The translations under genes and the position numbers were made by a program. The notes below the pieces were generated by a model that worked only from the letters and a program-made list of their open reading frames with translations, did no database searches and was not told where the DNA came from. A DNA stretch of 63,729 nt, filler included, from Pelomyxa schiedti (lineage: Eukaryota; Protista; Evosea): the NCBI GenBank assembly GCA_020536535.1. It is 11 parts of 11 records of this genome, joined end to end, with 100 filler letters (N's around TTAATTAATTAA, not from the genome) between each part and the next. Parts side by side here need not be neighbours in the genome. Positions count along the whole stretch, not along the records: positions 29,876 to 47,953 come from JAHLWZ010000168.1; 10 more parts are not named here. One strand, 5' to 3'. This document shows positions 36,446 to 48,053 of this stretch, piece by piece. Position 1 is the stretch's first letter. Every line of letters begins with the position of its first letter.

Positions 36446-36645
36446 TCGAACACAGACAGAAAAGCAAAACCCACCACCTTTTTGATCACATTTTTTCCCA
36501 TCGATCAGACTTCGCGTACAACACGGAGGCCGCCAACACACAGAGGCTGACAGCGCAGCTCCGCGGCACCAACTTGGCCGAGGCCCAAGATGACGAGACC
36601 GGCCCGGACGGCGGGGCGAAGGGGGAGGTCGTCCGCGCGATCGGG

Positions 36646-38016
36646 ATGCTGGCCAGGGGTGACCTGGTGTCCTGCGACGCCTGGTGCGCCTCAATTGTGG
36701 GCGCGCGTTGCCCCACCAGCAGCAGCAGCATCAACGGCAACGGCAACGGCGGCACCGCCGGCGGCGCACGGTGCGACAAGCGAAAGTGCGCGGCGCATAT
36801 GCTCGCGAGGTGCGTGTTCGCGGAAAAACCCAAGGTGCCGAACGCGAGGCAGCCATACAGAGAAGTGGATCCCATGATCGAGGAGATGAAGCTGGCGCAG
36901 AGCTGCTCGTGGGAGTCCAAGGAGGTGCTCGTCGGCGCCGCGATCGACGTTGCGAGGTGTGGCACAATCAGAGGCGCGGACACGAGGTTGCTACTTATGG
37001 GTGGTTGTGGGGGCTGTGCCACGGAATATGCAACAGGAACGGACAACAACACTGGCAAGTACGTGGGGACTGGGTACTATCTCATGGGGCTGATGTTTGA
37101 GAATGGACTTGGCGTGGTGCGGGATTCTACAAAGTCAGTTGAGGCCAACAAGATATCGGCATCGCTGGGACACAGCATGGGGCAGCATAATCTGGCACGG
37201 GCTATGAGTAAATGCGAAGGAGGAGCCGAACAGAATCCCGTGGAGGTTGTAAGGTTGTTGGAATTATCTGCTGCCCAGGGCAATGCCCGGGGGCAGCTGA
37301 ACCTTTCTATTGCCCTCAGGCAGGGCATTGGAACTCCTGTGAATGTGGAGCGCTCATTGCAACTTCTCAGATTGTCTGCAAACCAAGGATATTCCTATGC
37401 TCAGATGAACCTTGCAATCTGGGTGAAGGAAACAAACCCAGAGGAGGCATTCCAGTTGTTCACAAGTGCTGCTGTTCAGGGATGTCCCCCTGCACAAAAC
37501 CACCTTGGCATTGCTTACTGTAAGGGGCTANNNNNNNNNNNNNNNNNNNNNNNNNNNNNNNNNNNNNNNNNNNNNNNNNNNNNNNNNNNNNNNNNNNNNN
37601 NNNNNNNNNNNNNNNNNNNNNNNNNNNNNNCCTTGCAATCTGGGTGAAGGAAACAAACCCAGAGGAGGCATTCCAGTTGTTCACAAGTGCTGCTGTTCAG
37701 GGATGTCCCCCTGCACAAAACCACCTTGGCATTGCTTACTGTAAGGGGCTAAATGTGCACACTGACAGAAAGGAGGGAGTGAAATGGTTCAGGCTGAGTG
37801 CCTCACAAGGAGACATCCCAGCACTGAGGAACCTTGCAGGGTACTACCAGGGAGTAACCAATAGGGACATCAAGGAAGCATTCCGGCTGTACTTGCTTGC
37901 TGAAAGCAAAGGTATTCTGACAAATAAAACCAGGTCTTAATTACCTTAACTTGTTTTTCTCAGGTGACAAAAAGTCTAGCCAGGATCTCTTTGCACTTAG
38001 GGAGAGTTACACTTAA
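36646..38016 (+). CDS. Sel1-repeat (SLR/TPR-like) protein
   Basis: YLMGLMFENGLGVVRD, LELSAAQGNARGQLNL, AQNHLGIAYCKG, GVKWFRLSASQGDIPALRNLA. N gap at 37531-37630; start codon uncertain (frame open from 36574). Confidence 0.9.
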
Positions 38017-38154
38017 AGTACAAGTGGTACTCCTTTTCTCTGTTTTTTCATAAATGGGAGCAAAACGTTACCTACTTTATTCTTAAGGGTTGTGGCGGGT
38101 AACTGCGGGTCACCAGCAAAACAATCACCAAAAAGGTTCGCCAAAAAGTTAGGA

Positions 38155-38236
38155 TGAGCTCTACTGCTTTTGAACCTGCACCCTCTCAGCAACTAAGGCA
38201 TAGAGGCAGTGCTGTGGACAGCTGAGCCAAGCACCC
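38155..38236 (-). tRNA. tRNA-like relic (isotype not determinable)
   Basis: Minus strand: TGGCTCAGCTG A box, GGTTCAAA B-box half, 6 of 7 acceptor pairs possible, T5 tract just downstream; the T stem is broken. Confidence 0.35.
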
Positions 38237-38513
38237 TAGCTTAAACTAAGTAAAGGTGCGGCAGGTTGTTATACTATTATAGCCTTTGGGAAAAGTCATT
38301 ATTATTTTTAAACTTAAGGCCTGAGTGTGTCTGTCCCCTTTCCATTTGTTCTTTCTTATTGATGGTGTGTGGTGGTGTCAAGTGGGTGGAGAGAGTGAGC
38401 CCTTCCTTTGACAAAAAAGAGTAGTAGTAGTCATGGTGGGTTTTTAGTGATGCTTGTCGTGGTGGGTTTCTGTGAGGATACTCAAGTTTCTACTCAAACC
38501 CCTCAACTCAAAT

Positions 38514-38672
38514 GTGGATCTACTCGGATTTCGTTCGACCCGTTTGTGGGTCTACTCGACCCGTTTGTGGATCTACTCGGATTTCGTTCGACCCCTTTGT
38601 GGGTCTACTCGATCCATTTGTGGATCTACTCGGATTTCGTTCGACCCCTTTGTGGGTCTACTCGACCCGTTC
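38514..38672 (+). repeat. Tandem repeat, 3 x 53 bp, with internal GGGTC-TACTC-GACCC hairpins
   Basis: Units start at 38514, 38567 and 38620; each is made of related 32-bp and 21-bp subunits. Confidence 0.95.
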
Positions 38673-40108
38673 GTGAAAGTTGCTGTGGACTTTTGTGAGG
38701 GTCGTGGCGGGTAACTGCGGGTCACCAGCAAAACAATCACCAACCCACTGATTTCCATTGGAAAATCAAGCCAAAAACAGCCATCAAGGGATGAGGGGTT
38801 GGAACCAACAGGCATAACCAAGAAAACAGGGGTAAACAGTAATTAAGTGGACTTGGGGATTTGCAACAGCAAGGAAAGCAGAGTTGTGAGTCTGTGATTG
38901 TTCCCTTAAAACTTCTCTTTTTTTTTCCTTCTTCGACTGTTGGGCTGTGTCGTAGATTTGGCAACAACACTCTTGTGTGGCTCTTACTCCTGACACAACA
39001 AGGGAACAGGACTGGCATGTCACAGCCCACACTCCAGCTGTCCTTGCATCTTGGATGCACAATAAGGGAACAACAATACCTTTCCTTCTGCTAACAGATG
39101 GTGTCAGTGCAGGTACTGCACTGATGCTGCTGGGAGGCAGTATTCCTATCTTCATGGGTCTCATGGTAGTTGGTAAGGGTCACAGGTCCTCTCAGTTGGT
39201 TACCCCCTCTGACCAGTATGCTCTTGTCTAATCGTATGACTATGTCCAATCTAACCTTCTAAATTCAATCTCTTAAGCCTATTACCCTGTTTGGACCCCC
39301 TTGGGACTTCTTTATATGGAGCCTTGTTGGAATTTGAATCGAAAGAAAAACAATAAGTGGGGGTCTGCAAAAATCCTTGTGGGTTTTTTGATAGATTTTC
39401 AAGCCAAATAAAGGTCAAGAGTCATTGAGACATTGAGAGAAAGCCATAGATGTGGTCTTACATCATTTCAATGCAATGTACATTGAAACCCTTTTGGGGG
39501 CTGTACCCAAAAACTTTGTTTTCAAGAGTCTGGGAAGTGCTGATGTTTTTTCTGTGGAGCATACTTGTGGGACAGTAAATACCAGGTACTTCTGGTTCTG
39601 CCTATGTGTTTTGGTGGTGACCCCCTCACTACTGGCCAGAAGTGCAGGACAAATGGTGAAGAAGAAAACTCCTCCAAAGGACGATCAAGTTTCTTTTGAT
39701 TTGTGGTTGTGCCGCTTTCGGTCTTCCCCTTGTGTGGATTACGTCGCGGTCATCGACTTGTGTTGCTGCTATTGGCATCAGAAGCAGCAACATCGGACAA
39801 AGCCAATGTGCACAGCCCCACCCTCCCCGTCCCACCAACAACGCGAGAATGCGCACCCATAAGTGCGGAAGAGACATTCAGGTAGTGGGTGGGTGGCACG
39901 AGTAAGGCAAGAAGCACAAGAACATGCTCGTGGCCATACAAAAAGTGGGTATATAATATTCCCCATTTCCCTATATATTTATCTACATGTCTGTGCAGAT
40001 ACATGCGTTGTTGTTTGCACTAAATATTTTATATATTTTATGATAACAACAAAATACACAATGTAAGTACTGTAGTGCGACAAAACTGGACCACATATTA
40101 AATGACCC

Positions 40109-40537
40109 GTTACAAGCACAGCTGAGTGTATTCCATCAGTGTTTTACCCATCCAATATGATTGTTTACTCACTCCCTGCAACTTCCAACCTAAAACCAAA
40201 AAAGTGCATATGAAACAATCAAACAAATCTTGGCCGAAAAAGCTTGGATTCCACTTCCTCCTCTACCTTGTAACTGAGGGAATATTCTATGTCAATGTAA
40301 GTGTTACTTCTATCCCATCTCCACCAATGACAACTCTTAGCCCAGATGGCGGCGGAGGTCGCCGGCACGATCGGGATGCTGGCGAGGTGTGGCGGAAAGT
40401 ATACTTTCCGGCTGTACTTGCTTGCTGAAAGCAAAGGTATTCTGCCAAAATCAGTCCTTGCTGGCTCTTACTTACTTTCTCTAGGTGACAAAATGTCCAG
40501 TCAGTCTGTATCCGCTCTTAGGGAGAAGTACACCTAA
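40109..40537 (+). pseudogene. Internally deleted, diverged duplicate of the NPL4 3' end plus the Sel1 gene ends
   Basis: Colinear similarity to about 36041-36300, then about 36625-36660 (GATCGGGATGCTGGC), then about 37880-38016 (TTCCGGCTGTACTTGCTTGCTGAAAGCAAAGGTATTCTG..). Confidence 0.88.
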
Positions 40538-40579
40538 TTTCAAAAAAACAAAGGATGTGGGATCTTTGGGGTCCCAAGT

Positions 40580-43156
40580 TTATTCCATGTTGGATGTTGG
40601 TTTAGGTATTGGCGTTGTGTTTGTGGTAGTACTAGGTTGTTCTGCAGAGGTAGTAGCAATTGCTTTTCCAAGGGGTGTTGTGTTGATTTGTGTTGTTGCT
40701 GGTGTGTCACTACTGTATAACACTGCTAGTACGTTCTTGGGAACCTCGCATAGGAGCGGTGTGGGAGTCTCACCGAATGCATAGAGGCCTTGCCGGTGGT
40801 ACAGGAAGTACTTGTCCCGGAAGAAAGGCATTTCGTCGGTCCGGCAGGAATGTAGGCCCTCCGGTGTGCATTGGAAGTGCGGAAGTATGGTGAACACATA
40901 AGGGCTCACTGACGGGTTCCGGCTCTGGGCTCGGGTCTCTCCGAGTTTTGTGTATTTCCAAAAAAACCTGGATGGAGAAAACGTTGGTGTTTCTGCGGAA
41001 AAACAGAAACTAACCTAAAATCAGTGTCACAGTCATAAAGGGAGTAGTCCTTCCAGGTCATAACATCGAGAACAAAAAAAGTGAGTGTCTCTCTATGGAA
41101 AATGCAGTCAAGGATGCAGCACGTATGTTGTGCCTTGCCTTTCTCTTCTCTAAATAATGTAAGAAAGAATGGGGAGGAAAATTGGTACGCACGACTCCTT
41201 TGAGCCATTGGGAAGAAGGGAAGAAAATGGTTGCATGAGTGGATAACCATTTACTCTCAGTGCCACAGTGCTTGAGTGAGAGGAAATGACAAGGCAACGC
41301 GTGCCACCGGGAAGGGCCACAGCACACCACATTGTGGCCAAATCGCCTGGTATTGCACGTAGTGGCTCAGGAATCATAAGCTGGTTCCTATACAAATCAG
41401 TCTCAACACTGAAATGTTGTACATACACTACATACATGTATTTTGGTGGCTTTTGTTTCCGTGGGGAAGGTTTGGTTACGGTTGTAGTTGTGGGTGAATT
41501 TGTTGCGCTCACTGCTGTTGTTTTTGTGGCATCAGCAGATTCAGTGGTCTTGGCAGGTTCTATTACAGATTCCGGTTCTACTGGCAGTTGAACTTCACAC
41601 GTGTCCATCTCCGAAGTATGTACAGTAGGAATAGCAGTGATAATTGCATTAGCAAGCTGTCTCGCGTGCTTTGTAAAGTCAAGCCTTCTTTGCCTCTAAA
41701 AAAGAATGTTAATTTCAGTACTCAAATACACCCACACATGAAAGGAGTTTTACCCCTTCATTCATTCATTACAGAATAGCATTATTAAATACCCTACCCC
41801 CACCCACAATCCCAAAATGACAGTGGTGACAATAGCAACAGTGGCTCGCCCACCTAACGTGTGCGTGTGGGTGTGGCCGCGTAATCAATCACAATTGCAC
41901 CTGTCGGTCCAGGGCCTCCTGCCTCCTCACAGCCTGGTCTCTCTCGGTCTTTTTCTTGAACATGGCCACCCTCCCCTCGGGTACTTTTTCCTTGTTCCCG
42001 CCCTCCGCCGCGGCGTCCAAGCTGCCATTGTGGGACGGCGAGGCCGCCGCGGGTGTTGGTGTCGACGGTGTAGTGGTTGTGGTTGGGGGTAGGGTATTTA
42101 ATAATGCTATTCTGTAATGAATGAATGAAGGGGTAAAACTCCTTTCATGTGTGGGTGAATTTGTTGCGCTCACTGCTGTTGTTTTTGTGGCATCAGCAGA
42201 TTCAGTGGTCTTGGCAGGTTCTATTACAGATTCCGGTTCTACTGGCAGTTGAACTTCACACGTGTCCATCNNNNNNNNNNNNNNNNNNNNNNNNNNNNNN
42301 NNNNNNNNNNNNNNNNNNNNNNNNNNNNNNNNNNNNNNNNNNNNNNNNNNNNNNNNNNNNNNNNNNNNNNTGTGGGTGAATTTGTTGCGCTCACTGCTGT
42401 TGTTTTTGTGGCATCAGCAGATTCAGTGGTCTTGGCAGGTTCTATTACAGATTCCGGTTCTACTGGCAGTTGAACTTCACACGTGTCCATCTCCGAAGTA
42501 TGTACAGTAGGGATAGCAGTGATAGTTGCATTAGCAAGCTGTCTCGCGTGCTTTGTAAAGTCAAGCCTTCTTTGCCTCTAAAAAAGAATGTTAATTTCAG
42601 TACTCAAATACACTCACACATGAAAGGAGTTTTACCCCTTCATTCATTCATTACAGAATAGCATTATCAAATAGCCTACCCCCACCCACAATCCCAAAAT
42701 GACAGTGGTGACAATAGCAGCAGTGGCTCGCCCACCTAAGTGTGCGTGTGGGTGTGGCCGCGTAATCAATCACAATTGCACCTGTCGGTCCAGAGCCTCC
42801 TGCCTCCTCACAGCCTGGTCTCTCTCGGTCTTTTTCTTGAACATAGCCACCCTCCCCTCGGGTACTTTTTCCTTGTTCCCGCCCTCCGCCGCGGCGTCCA
42901 AGCTGCCATTGTGGGACGGCGAGGCCGTCGCCGCCGCCGCCGCGGGTGTTGGTGTCGACGACGGTGGTGGTGCCGACGGTGTAGTGGTGGTGGTGGTGGT
43001 GGTGGAGATGGCGCGGAGCACGGCGGCCTCGCTGTAGTCGTACGGCACGAACATCGATGTAGACGAGGACGTGACACCCCCAGTGGCCGCCATCAGATCG
43101 CTCAGCTCGTCGTCCACCGACGCCGCGCTGCTGCCACTCCCGACGCTGCCAGACAT
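40580..43156 (-). CDS. SNUPN: Snurportin-1 (m3G-cap snRNP import adaptor) with internal tandem duplication
   Basis: IBB-like GRVAMFKKKTERDQAVRRQEALDRQ; NQLMIPEPL..GTRCLVISS, FSSLLPNG, ILDCIF..FVLDVMTWKDYSLYDCDTDFR, FQCTPE. Confidence 0.9.
41490..42270. repeat. Tandem duplication of about 590 bp joined by a 72-bp inverted segment
   Basis: 41490-42080 is a slightly diverged copy of about 42372-42990; 42085-42156 is the exact reverse complement of 41730-41801. Confidence 0.9.
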
Positions 43157-43355
43157 TTGTTTCCCTGTGTGTTTACTGAAGAAATTTCCTGAATGGACAA
43201 GTTGCTGCATCCTTGTTCTTTGGATGCCCGACATTCTCCCACCTCCACAAACCAAGAGAGAGTGGATCCACTGGGCCGGCCCTATGCACAACCATCCACT
43301 CTCAGAGTTCGGGTGCCTTTCTCAGAAAGATAGGCGAAATCGTTTCGACAAACAA

Positions 43356-43844
43356 ATGTACCAGGCAGCAGCGTCTGTTGAGAGCGAGTACCGGGTGTGC
43401 ATGTTTGACTTTGCGGGGACGGTCCTGGCTACCACGAACAACAAGCCTGCCTTCCCTGCCACAACCAAGGCTGAACGTGAAGCCATCGTCAAGTGCTTCG
43501 CTGTGCGATCCTGGTCATTCGTCACTAAACAAAACAGCGCAATAACTTCCGCTATTCGAATACTACAACCCTTAGAAGCTAGTTAACAACATAACAATAC
43601 AAACAATGTTTAGGATAACGACCTGGCCCAGAGGGAGGGCATCACTCTAGGGGGAACCAAGTACCTGTGCCTGCAGGCCACACCATCATCTGTATACGGC
43701 ATGCGAGGCAAGCACTACTGCGTGTGTGTTAAGAGTGTGACGGCCATAGCTGTGTGCGTGGACAACACCGACGATCACGTCATGAACAACGTAGTCAACA
43801 GGATGGAGTCGGTCGCTGCTTACATGGTCCAAAACAACATCTGA
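43356..43844 (+). CDS. Divergent profilin
   Basis: GITLGGTKYLCLQATPSSVYGMRGKHYCVCVKSVTAIAV..VVNRMESVAAYMVQNNI. One intron; the start may lie further upstream. Confidence 0.8.
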
Positions 43845-44043
43845 TACCCACGATCTCGTGATGTTATCCTATGCAACCAAACGCAGGCTCTTTCCATAAC
43901 CCATTGCCCGCAATCACATTTGTTAGTTTGCTCAGCACCACGCAAAGAAGAGTGGTCGCGGTTCGTAGTGGGGCCTGTAGACGTTCGAATAACTACACCC
44001 ATAGAAAAATAGGCGCCACAAATCTTTCGGTTCAAACTGCCGA

Positions 44044-46063
44044 ATGAAAAAGAACGACGAGTACGTAGTTGACGTGGCGGAGGGGGGACATCAACCGGGG
44101 GATGATGGTGGCGATGGCGACGGGGCACGCGGTCACGGCCACCGGAGCGACGACGAGGCCGCGAGGGGCTCGGCCTCCGCGTCACTGTGGACCCCTGTTA
44201 CTGCCAACAAACGGCGTGACAAGGAGGACTCGCTGATGCCTGCTGGCCCTCGTATTGTAATCATATGATACCCATTTCCTAGCTTCTGCCGTGCTTACGG
44301 TCCTTCTCCCCACCAGTTTTCCGCGCAGACGGGATATAACTTCTTTGAACGACACAAGAAGGCTATATGCCTTGTTATGCTGTCCGTGCAGAACACTGCT
44401 CTCACCCTTTTAGTCTCCTACTCCAGAAATATCCGAAAAGAATCTGTACTCGTTGTGTTTTCTTTTCCATTTACCTCAACTCCCTGCAGTATATCTTGAG
44501 TGTAAATATTCTACTCACCGAGTTACTTAAATGTGGTATGACTCCTTTTTCTTATGAATTTAATAAAATTTTGACTTCAAATCAGCTATATCCGCTGCAG
44601 TTATCCTGAAAACAACGAGAAAAACATTGAAGGTAAAAACTAGACTATGGCTTGTATTCACTTCTAATTTGCTTAAGAGTGCTATGGCGTCCTCTTCAAA
44701 GACCTTTATTCCTGCCGCATTGTTTTTCCTTCAAAATACTCTTCTGTTTGTGGCACTTGGAAATTTAGATGCAGGAGTATACATTGTAATAAACCAGTTG
44801 AAGACTGTGACTGCCGCTATATGTTCTGTGATTATACTAAGTATATTTCGTTATCCCATGGCTTTCTCATAGCTCAAAATATTCAAGGAAAAGTATTCAC
44901 GATAACACAGTGGCGTGCTCTCTTTGTACTAGTTTTAGCTGTGGTATTGGTTCAAGCGCCACGAAATACTAATTGCAACCCCGACGAGGCGGCAGCGAAA
45001 TCCAAAACAAACTTCATTGGGGTATTCTCAGTAGCATCTCTCGATGGGACTTACAGTATTCATAGGTTGTGGCTGCTATTTCAATGACATTAACGTCTGG
45101 AGTGGCCAATGTGACACTGGAGAAATTATTCAAGAGCGGTGAAATGACGTTATGGGAGCGTAACCTCCAGCTTGGTCTATTCAGCAGCATATTTGCCGTA
45201 TTCAATATATTCAGTGATTTGTCCCTTGTCAGAGAAAAGGGCTTATTTGGCGGCTTCTCCGCTACCGCTTTTCTTATTGTACTGTTTGTCCATCCTGACT
45301 CTTTCGCATGATTGCCTTCCTAACACTGTTTTTCCTAAGTAGGTTTTAACCCAGGCTGTTGGAGGAATTCTTGTAGCCATGGTTATGAAGTACGCAGACA
45401 ACATAGTGAAAGTATTTCCCAAACCCAAGCAATCTCCCCTACTAATCACACACAGGGCTTTGCCGTGAGCGTTGCCATAGTGGCCACTTCTATTCTCAGT
45501 TCTGTTCTATTTGGGGCCTCCATTGACCTGGTGTTCTGCGTTGGAGCGGTGCTGGTCATCATCGCCATATTCAACTACCAAGACCCCAAAGCACAGCCCG
45601 AGAGGAAGCCACCCCCTCCCGACCTCCCTCTCACCCAACAACAACAACAGCAAGATCAGAAGCACCAACAGCAGCTGGCACTNNNNNNNNNNNNNNNNNN
45701 NNNNNNNNNNNNNNNNNNNNNNNNNNNNNNNNNNNNNNNNNNNNNNNNNNNNNNNNNNNNNNNNNNNNNNNNNNNNNNNNNNTCGCCATATTCAACTACC
45801 AAGACCCCAAAGCACAGCCCGAGAGGAAGCCACCCCCTCCCGACCTCCCTCTCACCCAACAACAACAACAGCAAGATCAGAAGCACCAACAGCAGCTGGC
45901 ACTGGCCACCACCCTCGAGACCGCCGCTGCTGCTCAACAACCCACAACAACCACTACACCTGGGGACCCCACTAACACAACAGTAACACCCACCAACACC
46001 AGCTCGTCAATGACCGCTCTATTGCCATCAGGCACCCCAACTGACAATAATGAAAAACCATAA
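44044..46063 (+). CDS. Nucleotide-sugar transporter, SLC35A family
   Basis: IPAALFFLQNTLLFVALGNLDAGVYIVINQLKTVTAA, QWRAL, LEKLFK..LWERNLQL, GILVAMVMKYADNIVK|GFA. N gap at 45683-45782. Confidence 0.92.
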
Positions 46064-46129
46064 ATTTGTCTTCAAAAGAACTGAATTGAAGAATTTTTAA
46101 AAAAGAAATTCAATTTGGGCCCACATCAC

Positions 46130-46320
46130 AGCTGGTTGGTGAGGAGCCAAAAATACGGCTGGCAGAGTGACCGCCACCATCTGGGTTCAGACCCTACCCG
46201 GGATGGTGGTTGAGAGCACAATGAGACTTGCACCCTCGCCCATCAACTGGGGGTCTGACACAATGGGGAAGCTACTGGAGCCAGCCACCCGAGGCTCTGG
46301 TTCCAAAGAGGAGGTTTTTC
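46130..46320. ncRNA. Structured intergenic segment, candidate ncRNA
   Basis: 13-bp hairpin (46174-46209) and 10-bp hairpin (46277-46304), followed by T5 on the + strand; ATTTTTGG Sm-like site on the - strand. No family recognised. Confidence 0.25.
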
Positions 46321-46379
46321 TCAAAAGAACCTTATGCTGAAAACCAGTTGTGGGAGAAAGGATTTTTTTTATTTCGTTA

Positions 46380-47805
<1,426 letters not shown>

Positions 47806-47953
47806 CCCCCCCCCGCCCCCGCCACCACCGCCGCCGTTTGCGGGGAAAAAAAAACAAAAAACGTACTACTCCGTAGTAGACATTGCTGTTTCTACTTTTA
47901 ATAACCAAACCCTATTACGACGCGTCAATTGCAGAAAATTTCTTTGTTTTTTA

Positions 47954-48053
47954 NNNNNNNNNNNNNNNNNNNNNNNNNNNNNNNNNNNNNNNNNNNNTTA
48001 ATTAATTAANNNNNNNNNNNNNNNNNNNNNNNNNNNNNNNNNNNNNNNNNNNN
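47954..48053. other. Artificial scaffold-join spacer
   Basis: N44-TTAATTAATTAA-N44. Confidence 0.98.

Larger units (their letters stand above)
38086..38743. repeat. Module bounded by 46-bp direct repeats (38086-38131 / 38698-38743, 1 mismatch)
   Basis: AGGGT(T/C)GTGGCGGGTAACTGCGGGTCACCAGCAAAACAATCACCAA at both ends. Confidence 0.9.

Noticed and set aside
38514-38672. 53-bp array as a CRISPR
   Set aside because: The units are contiguous with no unique spacers, there are no cas genes, and the context is eukaryotic.
38750-40050. Short ORFs on both strands between the repeat module and the NPL4/Sel1 ghost
   Set aside because: No recognisable motifs or coherent exon chain; possibly decayed sequence.
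10479-45903. Exact direct repeats flanking five 100-N gaps (10600, 16122, 37531, 42271, 45683)
   Set aside because: All five are exactly 121 bp, which is what unmerged k-mer overlaps from de Bruijn scaffolding produce. They are not biological duplications.
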